A stretch of 57,572 bases of DNA from an uncultured Hyphomonadaceae bacterium (GTDB lineage: Bacteria; Pseudomonadota; Alphaproteobacteria; Caulobacterales; Hyphomonadaceae): contig CAYSED010000005.1 in NCBI GenBank assembly GCA_964429935.1, positions 1 to 57,572 of the forward strand, given 5' to 3'. A program made the translations under genes and the position numbers. This document shows, in pieces, positions 44,850 to 54,626 of the stretch. The first letter of the stretch is position 1; each line of letters begins with the position of its first letter. Under the pieces are notes generated by a model. That model was not told the origin of the DNA. It made no database searches and worked only from the letters and a program-made list of their open reading frames with translations.

Positions 44850-45761
44850 ATGGAATTTTCGATAGTCGCCGAGGGGCTTGCCTTTCCGGAAGGCCCGGTC
44901 GCCATGGCAGACGGCTCGGTCATCCTGGTCGAGATCGAGACCGGCGACATTACTCGTGTCTGGGGCGACGGGAAAAAGGAACGCGTCGCCCATCCGGGCG
45001 GTGGTCCGAACGGCGCAGCGATCGGCCCGGACGGCGCGCTCTATGTCTGCAATAATGGCGGCTTCATCTACACGAAAGTCAACGGCATCAATGTGCCCGG
45101 CCATTGCCCGCCGGACTATTCCGGGGGCCGGATCGAGCGCGTCGATCTTGCGACCGGAAAGGTCGAGCGGCTCTATGACACGGTCGGCGACCACAAGCTC
45201 AAAGGCCCGAACGACCTCGTCTTCGACAAGGCCGGCAACCTGTACTTTACCGACCATGGCAAGACCTATGCCCGCCACCGCGACCTTGGCGGCCTGTTCT
45301 TCGCGAAGCCCGACGGCTCCCATGTCAGGGAACTCGACTGGGGCCATACGAGCCCGAACGGCGTCGGTCTCTCGCCGGACGAGACGACCGTCTATATGGC
45401 CGACACACTGACGGGCCGCCTCTGGGCCTTCGAGCTTTCAGGCCCTGGCGAGATCCGCCCGGCCTTGCCGCCCTTCCAGAAGGGCCGCGTCATTGCCACC
45501 ATGCCCGGCCTGCAATATTTCGACAGTCTCGCGGTCACCGCCGCCGGCAATGTCTGCATCGCGACCATCTTCAATGGCGGCATCACCACGGTCCGCCCGG
45601 ACGGCACGCATCATCACGCCGCGTTTCCGGACATCCTCGCGACCAATATCTGCTTTGGCGGCAAGGACATGCAGGACGCCTGGATCACGCTCTCGGGCTC
45701 CGGCAAGCTCGTGAAGTGCCGCTGGGACGAACCCGGACTGAGGCTCAATTTCAATGCCTGA
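44850..45761 (+). CDS. SMP-30/gluconolactonase/LRE-family protein
   Basis: EGPVAMADGSVILVE, GPNGAAIGPDGALYVCNNGG and PNDLVFDKAGNLYFTD. GGGGAGG lies upstream of ATG 44850. Confidence 0.85.
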   Translation: MEFSIVAEGLAFPEGPVAMADGSVILVEIETGDITRVWGDGKKERVAHPGGGPNGAAIGPDGALYVCNNGGFIYTKVNGINVPGHCPPDYSGGRIERVDLATGKVERLYDTVGDHKLKGPNDLVFDKAGNLYFTDHGKTYARHRDLGGLFFAKPDGSHVRELDWGHTSPNGVGLSPDETTVYMADTLTGRLWAFELSGPGEIRPALPPFQKGRVIATMPGLQYFDSLAVTAAGNVCIATIFNGGITTVRPDGTHHHAAFPDILATNICFGGKDMQDAWITLSGSGKLVKCRWDEPGLRLNFNA

Positions 45762-46464
45762 TACTGAAACGGGAGCGCGTCCCATGACCCATGAAGAGGT
45801 TGTCTCGGGGCGACGCAGCATACGCGGCTATCTCGACAAGCCGGTGCCGAAAGCCCTGATCGGCGAGGTCCTGGAACTCGCCATGCGGGCACCATCCTCG
45901 CTGAACACGCAGCCATGGAATTTCTACGTCGTCACCGGTGCGCCGCTCGACAGCATCCGGGCTGGCAATGTCGAGCGCAACCTCGCCGGCGTTCCGGACA
46001 CGCGCGAGTTTCGACGCGGGCCCGGCTATGAGGGGGTCCACCGCGAGCGCCAGGTCGAGATCGCCAAGCAGCTTTTCGGGGCCATGGGCATTGCCCGCGA
46101 GGACAAGGCCGCCCGGCAGGACTGGGTCCTGCGCGGCTTTCGCCAGTTCGACGCGCCGGTCTCGATCGTCATCACCTATGACCGCTCGATCCACGGCTCT
46201 GACATCGGCCCGTTCGATTGCGGCGCGGTGACCAATGCGCTCGTCAATGCAGCCTGGTCGAAGGGGCTCGGCTGCGTCATCAATTCGCAGGGCATCATGC
46301 AGTCGCCCGTCGTGCGCGAGCATGCGGGCATCCCGGACGACCAGGTCATCATGATCTGCGTCGCCATGGGCTGGCCGGACGAGAGCTTCCCGGCCAATGC
46401 CGTCGTCTCCCGCCGCAAGTCCGTCGCCGAGGCAACGACCTTTGTCGGCTTTGACGGGGATTGA
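45754..46464 (+). CDS. Nitroreductase-family protein
   Basis: RRSIRGYLDKPVP and SSLNTQPWNFYVV. The start overlaps the upstream stop. Confidence 0.85.
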   Translation: MPDTETGARPMTHEEVVSGRRSIRGYLDKPVPKALIGEVLELAMRAPSSLNTQPWNFYVVTGAPLDSIRAGNVERNLAGVPDTREFRRGPGYEGVHRERQVEIAKQLFGAMGIAREDKAARQDWVLRGFRQFDAPVSIVITYDRSIHGSDIGPFDCGAVTNALVNAAWSKGLGCVINSQGIMQSPVVREHAGIPDDQVIMICVAMGWPDESFPANAVVSRRKSVAEATTFVGFDGD

Positions 46465-46482
46465 GGCTCGGCCCCTGTCCGC

Positions 46483-47643
46483 TCAATCCTCGAAGATGAT
46501 GCGCGGCGGCGGTTTGGTCTCCAGCGCATCGAGCGCCGCCATGACGCCTGCCGCAAGCTTGTCGAACAGCGCGCCAGCCGCGCCGTCGCCTGCCGCTGAC
46601 GGAATACCGGCATCGCCGCCTTCGCGAATCGCCTGAAGGAGCGGCAGTTCTGCAAGCAGCGGCAGGCCGAGCGCGTCGGCCATGGCCTTGCCGCCGCCCT
46701 GTCCGAAGAGGGCATGGCGGTTGCCGGCCGGGTCCTCGAACCAGCTCATCGTCTCGACAATGCCGAGCACCGGAACGGCTGTCTTGGCAAACATGGCCGC
46801 GCCCCGGCGGACATCGGCGAGCGCCACTTCCTGCGGCGTCGTCACGAGGATCGCGGCGGTCAGCGGCACGCGCTGGGCCAGTGTCAGGGCCGCATCGCCC
46901 GTGCCGGGCGGCGTATCCATGACCAGCATGTCGAGCGGGGCCTCCGGCGCGCCCCAGGCGGCATCGTTCAGGAGCTGCGTGATCGCCGACATGACCATGG
47001 GCCCCCGCCAGATCATCGGCGCGTCGCGGTCCGTCAGGTAGCCGATCGAGAGCGAGGCGATGCCATGGGCCCTGACCGGTTCGAGCTTGCCGGCCGCATT
47101 GGCCTTCGGATCGGCTCCGGAGGTGCCAAGCATGGTCGGCACCGAGGGCCCGTATATGTCGGCATCGAGCAGGCCGACCCGCAGGCCCTGCCTTGCAAGC
47201 GCGACGGCAAGGTTCACCGCGACGGTCGACTTGCCGACCCCGCCCTTGGCGCTGGCAACGGCCAGGATTCGCGAAATGCCGGGCACGGGCGCGATGCCCT
47301 GAGCGGGCGAGGTGGTGCCCTGCGCCAGTGCCTCCTCGGACAGCCGCGCGCCCTTGCGCACCCGCCGCGCGCCCGGAGCGAGGGGCGTCTCGGCCGGCGG
47401 CGCGGCGCGCTCGGCCGTCAGCACCGTGCTGACCCCGGTCACGCCCCTGACTGTGCGGGCCGCCTGTTCGGCCTCGATCCGCCTTGTCTCGGCGGCGGCA
47501 AGATCGTCCGGATCGGCGCGCAGGACGAGCGTGACATGGCCCTCCTCGCCGATTCGCACAGCTTCGAGCCAGCCGTCCGCGCCGACGGTTTTGCGAATGG
47601 CTGTTTCCAGCGCGGCGTTTCTGGCCGCTTTTGACCGAAACAT
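46483..47643 (-). CDS. apbC: Mrp/ApbC/NBP35-family iron-sulfur cluster carrier ATPase
   Basis: ILAVASAKGGVGKSTVAVNLAVALA and LLDADIYGPS. Start at ATG 47643 (MFRSKAARN); the track extension to 48150 is a low-complexity shadow. Confidence 0.9.
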   Translation of the reverse strand: MFRSKAARNAALETAIRKTVGADGWLEAVRIGEEGHVTLVLRADPDDLAAAETRRIEAEQAARTVRGVTGVSTVLTAERAAPPAETPLAPGARRVRKGARLSEEALAQGTTSPAQGIAPVPGISRILAVASAKGGVGKSTVAVNLAVALARQGLRVGLLDADIYGPSVPTMLGTSGADPKANAAGKLEPVRAHGIASLSIGYLTDRDAPMIWRGPMVMSAITQLLNDAAWGAPEAPLDMLVMDTPPGTGDAALTLAQRVPLTAAILVTTPQEVALADVRRGAAMFAKTAVPVLGIVETMSWFEDPAGNRHALFGQGGGKAMADALGLPLLAELPLLQAIREGGDAGIPSAAGDGAAGALFDKLAAGVMAALDALETKPPPRIIFED

Positions 47644-47733
47644 GATCGGCGCTCCTTGAAGCCGGTGTGGTGACATGCACATATCCCCCCCATATGGGAA
47701 GACAACCGGTTGAAGAAGAAGGAGGGCCGCTGC

Positions 47734-48873
47734 GTGCCCTGGGAAGACAACAAGGATCAGGAACCGTCGAAGATGAGCGGCGGCCCCTGGGGTAGCGGCG
47801 GATCGGGCGGCAGCGACGGCAATGGCGGGTCGCCCTGGAACCGGCCGGGTGGCGGCGGCACCGGCAGCAAGGGACCTGACCTTGAGGACCAGATGCGCCG
47901 CATGCAGGAGCGGTTCCGCAACCGGCGGGGCGGACGCGGCGGCGGCGGCGGCAGCGGGGGCGGCGGTGCCCGCGGCCTGGGGCGCGGCGGCTTCATCATC
48001 CTCGGCGGGGTCGCCCTTTTCGCCTGGCTCGCAACCGGTGTCGTCATTGTCGATGCCGGCCAGCAGGCGTCCGTCTTCCGGTTCGGCAAGTGGCAGACCA
48101 ACTTTTCCTCCGGCCTGCATTTTCATCTGCCGAGCCCGATCGAGACCCATGAGGTTGTCGCCGTCGAGGAGCGCCAGGAAATCTCCATCGGGGCGACCCC
48201 GGCCGAGAGCCTCATGCTGACCTCCGACGAGAACATCGTCGATATCCAGTTCTCGATGTACTGGAAGGTCAAGACCGATGCCCCGCAGGATTTCATCCTC
48301 AATGTGAAGGAGCCCGAGGCGGCCGTGCGGCGGGTCTCCGAAAGCGTCATGCGCGAAGTTGTCGGCAAGAGCCGCCTGCAGAGCCTCATCACCAACGAGC
48401 GCGCCGCCGTGCAGCTCGAAGTCCAGCAGCAGGCACAGGCTTTGCTCGACGACTACCGGGCCGGCATCGACATCCTCGACGTCCAGATACGCAGGGCCGA
48501 TCCACCCGCGCAGGTCATCGCCGCCTTCAATGACGTGAACGTCGCCGAACAGGACGCCCAGACCGTCATCAACCAGGCGCAGCGCGAAGCCAACCGGGTC
48601 GTCCCGGAAGCGCGCGGCACCGCCGAGCGCCTCCTCGCCGAGGCCCAGGGCTATCGCGACCGCGTGATTGCGGATGCGAATGGCGAGGCCCAGCGTTTCA
48701 CCCAGATCTATGCCGAATATGTGCAGGCGCCGCGCGTGACCCGCGAGCGGATGTTTCTCGAAACACTCGAGACCGTGCTTGGCCGGTCCGACAAGATCGT
48801 GCTCGACAGCGAGGCGGGCGCGGTGCCCTATCTGCCGCTCGACCGCACGGTCCGCACCCAGGGAGGGCAGTGA
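47734..48873 (+). CDS. hflK: FtsH protease modulator HflK
   Basis: AGGAGG lies 8 nt before GTG 47734 (MPWEDNKD...). It has a Gly-rich N-terminus, one TM segment and an SPFH/band-7 domain. Confidence 0.9.
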   Translation: MPWEDNKDQEPSKMSGGPWGSGGSGGSDGNGGSPWNRPGGGGTGSKGPDLEDQMRRMQERFRNRRGGRGGGGGSGGGGARGLGRGGFIILGGVALFAWLATGVVIVDAGQQASVFRFGKWQTNFSSGLHFHLPSPIETHEVVAVEERQEISIGATPAESLMLTSDENIVDIQFSMYWKVKTDAPQDFILNVKEPEAAVRRVSESVMREVVGKSRLQSLITNERAAVQLEVQQQAQALLDDYRAGIDILDVQIRRADPPAQVIAAFNDVNVAEQDAQTVINQAQREANRVVPEARGTAERLLAEAQGYRDRVIADANGEAQRFTQIYAEYVQAPRVTRERMFLETLETVLGRSDKIVLDSEAGAVPYLPLDRTVRTQGGQ

Positions 48874-48876
48874 CCC

Positions 48877-49761
48877 ATGCGTTATCTCGGCTGGGGCTTG
48901 ATCGCCCTCATCGTGCTCGGACTGATCGTCGCGTCGAGTTCGTTCTACACGGTCCGCCAGGACCAGCAGGCGCTCGTGCTCCGCTTCGGCGATCCCGTCG
49001 CCGTGCGGAATGCGCCGGGGACGGACGAGGCGGGGCTCTATTTCAAGGTGCCGTTCGCAGAGCAGGCCGTAATCATGGACCGCAAGAATCTCGGGCTCGA
49101 TGTCACCGATCTTGAAGTGCTCGCGTCCGACCAGCGCCGGCTCGAGGTCGATGCCTTCGTCCGCTGGCGGATCAGCAACCCCCTGCGGTTCTACCAGCGC
49201 CTGCGCACCGAACGCAGCGCCGCCGCCCAGATCGGCCGCGTCACCGAATCGGCGATCCGCGAGGCGCTCGGCACCGTGCCGGTTCCGGAAATCGTCTCCG
49301 GCCAGCGCTCCCTGCTGATGGACCGCATCCGCACGACCGTGAACACCGACCTTGCCGAGGACGGCATCGACATAATCGACGTGCGCATCCTGCAGGCCGA
49401 CCTTCCGGACGAGGTGACCGCCGGGGTCTATGACCGGATGAGTTCGGCCCGGCGCCAGGAGGCAGAGGGCATCCGCGCATCCGGCGAGGAGCGTGCCCGC
49501 CGGACCCGCGCCGAAGCGGCCCGCGACGCGCTCGTCATCGAGGCGCAGGCCCGCGAGCAGGCCGAGATCATTCGCGGCGAAGGCGATGCCAAGCGCGCCG
49601 AGATCTATGCCGAGGCCTATAATCGCGATCCGGACTTCTTCCGCTTCTATCGCTCGCTCATCGCCTGCGAGGAAGCGATCAAGGACGGCACGCAGGTCGT
49701 CGTCTCGCCGGACAATCTCAATATCTGCCGCGTCTTCGAGGAGCAGGCTGGCGCGCGGTGA
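48877..49761 (+). CDS. hflC: FtsH protease modulator HflC
   Basis: N-terminal TM segment, an SPFH domain (FYTVRQDQQALVLRFG) and a C-terminal coiled coil. Confidence 0.9.
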   Translation: MRYLGWGLIALIVLGLIVASSSFYTVRQDQQALVLRFGDPVAVRNAPGTDEAGLYFKVPFAEQAVIMDRKNLGLDVTDLEVLASDQRRLEVDAFVRWRISNPLRFYQRLRTERSAAAQIGRVTESAIREALGTVPVPEIVSGQRSLLMDRIRTTVNTDLAEDGIDIIDVRILQADLPDEVTAGVYDRMSSARRQEAEGIRASGEERARRTRAEAARDALVIEAQAREQAEIIRGEGDAKRAEIYAEAYNRDPDFFRFYRSLIACEEAIKDGTQVVVSPDNLNICRVFEEQAGAR

Positions 49762-49961
49762 CCCTCACCTGGCTTGAACTCGTCACCTTCGGCATCGGCG
49801 CGTGGATGCTGATGGACGGGCTCGTCTTCGGCCTCCTGCCGGACCTCCTGCGCCGGATGTCGGCCTGGCTTGCAAGCGTCGACCAAATAGAGATCATCAG
49901 GGCGGGCTTCCTCACGGCCGCCGGCGGCGCAGTCATCATCTATGTGTCGCTGAGGTTCTAG
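49758..49961 (+). CDS. DUF2065-like small membrane protein
   Basis: 67 aa with two TM helices and a 4-nt overlap with the hflC stop. This is the usual position of the family. Confidence 0.7.
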   Translation: MTLTWLELVTFGIGAWMLMDGLVFGLLPDLLRRMSAWLASVDQIEIIRAGFLTAAGGAVIIYVSLRF

Positions 49962-50120
49962 GGCGGGGCGCGGCGTGCCGAAAACAAGGTGCGCCAATCC
50001 TTCGCCTTTGGTGGCGTCTTCACCGGATATTCCGGAAGACCAGACGAGAGAGCCATCAACGCGGGACGATAACCGCCAAAGGCTCGGAGCGAGCCGCCAG
50101 CGGCCCGCTCCGCTTTCCTT

Positions 50121-50687
50121 CTACAAATGTTTCCAGAAGACGACTTTGTCGGCTCCTGCTCCGTAGAACTCCCGGATGCGGGCCTCCTCGATATAACCGT
50201 TCTTGCGATAGAACTCGCGTGTCCGTCCGAATTCGGGCGTTCCCATCGTTTCCACCAATAGAATGCGCTCGCTTTGCCCGGCGAGATAAGCTTCGAGATA
50301 TGCCATCATTCTTGCACCGTGGCCTTGCCCTTGGCTCGGCGGGCTTACCCCGATGGCAAGCAAGTTCCAGGTGCCGTCGGTCATGCGTTCGGGTTCACAG
50401 AAACAGAATGAAATGACATCTCCCCCAATGTCGCCAACGAACCAGATGTCGCGGGTTGAACGGGTAAGATAGCCATCAATCATGGCTTCGAGCATGTCGG
50501 AGGGAAACAACTCAGTTTCGTCAGCGATGGTCGCGATGACGGGGATGTCCCGTCCTTCGGCGAGGCGGATGTTCAAGTATTGTTTCAATGTCTTGGACTT
50601 TCGATAAGGCCAATAGGCAGTGCCGCTCTGCGGCACGGTCAAACTGGCAAGAGATTGCCTGGAAATTGTGGAATGAATGCCGGACAT
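50121..50687 (-). CDS. GNAT-family N-acetyltransferase
   Basis: The acetyl-CoA motif lies in LLAIGVSPPSQGQGHGARMMAYLE. The gene is visibly AT-richer than its neighbours. Confidence 0.75.
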   Translation of the reverse strand: MSGIHSTISRQSLASLTVPQSGTAYWPYRKSKTLKQYLNIRLAEGRDIPVIATIADETELFPSDMLEAMIDGYLTRSTRDIWFVGDIGGDVISFCFCEPERMTDGTWNLLAIGVSPPSQGQGHGARMMAYLEAYLAGQSERILLVETMGTPEFGRTREFYRKNGYIEEARIREFYGAGADKVVFWKHL

Positions 50688-51076
50688 AACAATGTCCCAG
50701 CGCTATCGCGCTGGCATTCGGTTCTGGGTGCCCTGAAAGATCAGGACCCGCGGCGATCCGCAATCGTAAACATAAAATCTCCATGCCGCGACGAACGCTT
50801 GGCTCCTTTTGCTCGCATGCCTTGGTTGCGTGCGCAATGACTGAAGCAGCTCGGTGTTGAGCTTGGACGCTTCAAGCCGTCGAACTAATAATGGCCTTTG
50901 CCCGAGTAAGTGCGTGGATCCGGTCCATTCATGCCATCAGGAAAGTTGAACGGAGTTGCTTCAATTACGGTGTTCCAGGCCCCATCCCCTTGCACCCCCT
51001 GCCATCTTGTTGCCGCTTGTGGTTGCCAACACTATCATCACTCATGTCGAGGTCGCATCGGACGGAAGGATCAGTC

Positions 51077-52519
51077 ATGGCAGGTCGCATTGCAGGATTA
51101 CTGGCCGCTGCGGCCTTGTTCGCCGTGCCGCCCGCGCTCGCCCAGTCGATCAATCTCTCGGACGGCCCGCGCGTCTCGGCCCGCGAAGCGCCAGAAAGTT
51201 TCTCGCCGCTCGCCAAGCGCCTGATGCCCGCCGTCGTCAATATCTCGACGACCCAGACGGTTGCCAGCGGCCTGCCGAATTTCGGGGAGGGGAGCCCGCT
51301 CGAACGGTTCAATCCCTTCTTCAATCGCGATGATGACGGCTTCCGGCGCGAGGGCTCGCTCGGTTCCGGCTTCGTCATCTCCGCCGACGGCCTGATCGTC
51401 ACGAAGAATCACGTCATCGAGGCGGCCGACGAGATCGAGATCGTCTTTTCAGACGGCCGGTCGCTGTCGGCCGTGCTGGTCGGCCGCGACGCCGACACCG
51501 ACCTTGCCGTCCTCAAGGTCGAGAGCGACACGCCGCTGCCCTTTGTCGAGTTTGCCGACAGCGACGCCGCCGAGGTCGGCGACTGGGTCATGGCCATCGG
51601 CAACCCGTTCGGCTTCGGCGGCTCGGTCTCGGTCGGCATCATCTCGGCTCTGGAGCGCGACATCCAGTCCGGCCGCTATGACGATTTCATCCAGACTGAC
51701 GCGGCGATCAATCGCGGCAATTCGGGCGGCCCGCTGTTCAGCCTGTCCGGCGAGGTTGTCGGCGTGAACACGGCGATCATCTCGCCGACCGGCGGCTCGA
51801 TCGGCATCGGCTTTTCCATCCCGGCCAATCTCGCCCGTCAGGTCACCCGCCAGATCATCGATTTCGGCGCGCCCCGGCGCGGCTGGCTCGGCGTCAACAT
51901 CCAGGCGGTCACACAGGACCTTGCCCGCAGCTACGGTCTCGACCGGGCGACCGGCGTCATTCTCACCAATGTCGCCGACGACGGCCCGGCGCGCGCGGCC
52001 GGGCTCGAGGTCGGCGACCTCCTCCTGACCTTTGACGGGCGCGAGATCACGTCGGAACGTGTCCTCTCGCGCATCGTCGCTGATACCGAGATCGGCAAGT
52101 CCGTGCCCATCGCCCTTGTCCGCGATCGCCGCCGCCAGACGATCCGCGTCACGCTTGGCGAACTGGAACGGCCCGAGGACGAGGCGACCCCCGAGCCCTT
52201 GCCCGATGGCGGGCTCGCCAATAATTCGGTCGGCCTGCATACCGGTGCCATCGACGAGACGGCGCGGCGCAATTACGGGATCACGAGCGATGTTCGCGGC
52301 GCGCTCGTCATGTCGGTCTCGCCGCGCGGGCCCGCCTTCGGCAAGCTGCAAAAGGGCGATGTCATCGTCGAGGCGGGCTTCAAGCCGGTCACCAGCCCGG
52401 CAGACTTCATTGACGCCGTCTCCGATGCCGAGCTCGCCCCGGGCACGCCGCTCCTCGTCCACATCAAGCGCAGCGGGCGGGATCTCTTCTTCTCGATCGT
52501 GCTCGACGTTACCGGCTGA
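51077..52519 (+). CDS. degP: Periplasmic serine endoprotease DegP/HtrA (Do family)
   Basis: GGAAGGA lies upstream of ATG 51077, followed by the signal peptide MAGRIAGLLAAAALFAVPPALAQ. The triad contexts are TKNHVI, DTDLAVLKV and GNSGGPLF. Two PDZ-like regions follow. Confidence 0.9.
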   Translation: MAGRIAGLLAAAALFAVPPALAQSINLSDGPRVSAREAPESFSPLAKRLMPAVVNISTTQTVASGLPNFGEGSPLERFNPFFNRDDDGFRREGSLGSGFVISADGLIVTKNHVIEAADEIEIVFSDGRSLSAVLVGRDADTDLAVLKVESDTPLPFVEFADSDAAEVGDWVMAIGNPFGFGGSVSVGIISALERDIQSGRYDDFIQTDAAINRGNSGGPLFSLSGEVVGVNTAIISPTGGSIGIGFSIPANLARQVTRQIIDFGAPRRGWLGVNIQAVTQDLARSYGLDRATGVILTNVADDGPARAAGLEVGDLLLTFDGREITSERVLSRIVADTEIGKSVPIALVRDRRRQTIRVTLGELERPEDEATPEPLPDGGLANNSVGLHTGAIDETARRNYGITSDVRGALVMSVSPRGPAFGKLQKGDVIVEAGFKPVTSPADFIDAVSDAELAPGTPLLVHIKRSGRDLFFSIVLDVTG

Positions 52520-53423
52520 TAATCTCGGCGTCCGAATAGCCCTGGAAATAGAGCGCGGCCGTCAGGTCGCTCGCCCGGATCGCCGCATGGGCCCTCGCCG
52601 CCACCACAGGCTTTGCCTGGAACGCGACGCCGAGCCCCGCCGCCTCGATCATCGCAAGATCGTTCGCGCCGTCACCGAGCGCGAGCGCATCAGCCCGCGC
52701 CAGCCCGAGCGCCGTCGCCGCCTCGTCAAGCGCGGCGAGCTTTGCCTCCCGCCCGAGGATCGGCCTCCCGACATCGCCCGTCAGCACCTTGCCATCGTCA
52801 ATCAGCGTATTCGCCCGGTGGCCATGAAAGCCCGCCGCTTCGGCGACCCGCGAGGTGAACGCCGTGAACCCGCCCGAGACAAGCAGGCAATGGGCCCCAT
52901 GCGCCGCCATGGTCGCCACCAGCGTCCTCGCCCCCGGATTGAGCGTGATCCGCGTCCGGTAGCATTCCGAAACCGTGTCCACCGGCAGGCCTGCGAGCTT
53001 GCCGACCCGCGTCAGCAGCGCCTCCTCGAAATTCAGTTCGCCCCGCATCGCCTGTTCGGTAATGGCAGAGATTTCCGCCTTCAGCCCGGCGAAACCGGCC
53101 AGCTCGTCAAGGCATTCCTGGCCGATGATCGTCGAGTCCATGTCCGAGATCAGGAGCCGCTTGCGGCGTCCCGCTGCGGGCAACAGCGCAAGGTCCGCCC
53201 CCCCGATGCCGGGCAACAGGCCGCGCAGGCGCGCAAGCGCTTCTTCAGGCACGTCATCAAGCTCGGCTTCCGCTGCGTGCCACGGATTGCCGCTGCCTAG
53301 AACGCGCATGTCATGACCTGCCCCGAGCCCCGCCTCCCTCAACAATTCCTGCAGGAGAGGACCCATTGGCTCGCGGCCGACGGCAACCATGACATGGCGC
53401 GAAAAGGCTCTGGCATCGCTCAT
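52509..53423 (-). CDS. serB: Phosphoserine phosphatase
   Basis: HAD motifs LISDMDSTII, VSGGF and GDGANDLAMI. Confidence 0.9.
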   Translation of the reverse strand: MSDARAFSRHVMVAVGREPMGPLLQELLREAGLGAGHDMRVLGSGNPWHAAEAELDDVPEEALARLRGLLPGIGGADLALLPAAGRRKRLLISDMDSTIIGQECLDELAGFAGLKAEISAITEQAMRGELNFEEALLTRVGKLAGLPVDTVSECYRTRITLNPGARTLVATMAAHGAHCLLVSGGFTAFTSRVAEAAGFHGHRANTLIDDGKVLTGDVGRPILGREAKLAALDEAATALGLARADALALGDGANDLAMIEAAGLGVAFQAKPVVAARAHAAIRASDLTAALYFQGYSDAEIISR

Positions 53424-53482
53424 GGAAGTCTCGCCGTTTTAAGGCCTTTTCAGCGGCCCGGACACCGTCTACCCCTGTTCCC

Positions 53483-54415
53483 GTGCGACCGGCAATCCTC
53501 ATCCACGGCCCCACGGCCAGCGGCAAGACCACCCTTGCCATCGCGCTCGCCCAGCGGCTCGGCGGCGAGGTCGTCAATGCCGACAGCATGCAGGTCTATT
53601 CCGGCATGCGCGTGCTGACCGCCCGTCCGGACGAGGAGGAGCTCGCCGCCGCGCCGCACCACTTGTTCGGCCATGTCGATCCGGCCGTGCGCTACTCGAC
53701 CGGGGCCTGGCTCGAAGACCTCGAACCGGTCCTTGCTGACATCCGCAGCCGCGACGCGGTCCCGGTCCTTGTCGGCGGTACCGGGCTCTATCTCCTCGGT
53801 GCCACCGATGGCCTGTCGGAAATTCCGCCCGTGCCGGAAGACATTCGCGGCGAGGTTCGTGCGCTCGCCCAGTCCGAAGGCGGGGAGGGACTGCACGCCC
53901 GGCTCGCCGCAGTCGATCCGGAGACGGCCGCCCGGCTGAAGCCCGGAGACCGCCAGCGCCTCGCCCGCGCCTACGAGGTCTGGCTTGCCACCGGCAAGCC
54001 GCTCTCCGCCTTTACCGGCCAGCGCCGTCCGGGGCCGCTTGCCGAGACGCCCTGGCTCGGCATCGCGCTCACCCCGCAGCGCGCCCGGCTCTATGCCCGC
54101 ATCGAGCGCCGCTTCGAATCCATGCTGATCGAAGGGGCCATGGACGAGGCTCGCGCCCTCGTCGCGCGAGAGCTCGCGCCCGACCTGCCCGCGATGAAGG
54201 CGCATGGCATGCCTTGGCTTGCCGCCTATATTCGCGGCGAGATGAGCGCTGAGACCGCCGCCCTGCAAGCCAAGCGCGATACGCGCCGCTATGCCAAGCG
54301 GCAGTTCACCTGGATCGGCCACCAGTTCCCGTTCTGGCCGCGCATTCCCTCGGAAAGCCTCGATCAGCGGCTGAAGGTGATTTTTGCCCTCTACAAGGAG
54401 ATTGACGGGGTTTGA
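53483..54415 (+). CDS. miaA: tRNA dimethylallyltransferase
   Basis: P-loop IHGPTASGKTTLAIALA and VNADSMQVY. Confidence 0.92.
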   Translation: MRPAILIHGPTASGKTTLAIALAQRLGGEVVNADSMQVYSGMRVLTARPDEEELAAAPHHLFGHVDPAVRYSTGAWLEDLEPVLADIRSRDAVPVLVGGTGLYLLGATDGLSEIPPVPEDIRGEVRALAQSEGGEGLHARLAAVDPETAARLKPGDRQRLARAYEVWLATGKPLSAFTGQRRPGPLAETPWLGIALTPQRARLYARIERRFESMLIEGAMDEARALVARELAPDLPAMKAHGMPWLAAYIRGEMSAETAALQAKRDTRRYAKRQFTWIGHQFPFWPRIPSESLDQRLKVIFALYKEIDGV

Positions 54416-54456
54416 GGGGCAGGTTATGCCTTTTGCAGCATAGGGAGGAAACACTC

Positions 54457-54486
54457 ATGCGTTCGCGCAATCTGGTCGTAACCTAG
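54457..54486 (+). promoter_or_regulatory. Candidate 9-codon leader ORF (MRSRNLVVT) upstream of ilvI
   Basis: GGGAGGA (54443-54449) lies 7 nt before the ATG. Leu-Val-Val-Thr codons precede the stop. A stem of about 15 bp (54487-54524) and a terminator hairpin follow. Confidence 0.35.
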
Positions 54487-54534
54487 CGCCTGATCGTGGC
54501 CCGCCAAGAGGCCGCGACAGGCGCAGTGCTGGAA

Positions 54535-54564
54535 AGGGCTCTCGCAACAGAGCCCTTTTTCTTT
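54535..54564 (+). terminator. Intrinsic terminator (miaA terminator and/or ilvIH attenuator)
   Basis: AGGGCTCT (54535-54542) pairs with AGAGCCCT (54549-54556) across a 6-nt loop, followed by TTTTCTTT. Confidence 0.6.
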
Positions 54565-54626
54565 GCACCGGGGCATACGACGAATGCATTCGGGACGAGC
54601 CCATCCGGGGCGTGAAAGGCAAGCAT

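Noticed and set aside
46349-48150. 443-aa minus-strand ORF and the N-terminal extension of the mrp ORF to 48150
   Set aside because: The extension crosses the mrp/hflK intergenic region and the hflK 5' end with an Ala/Pro-rich translation. The Mrp homology starts at MFRSKAARN (ATG 47643).
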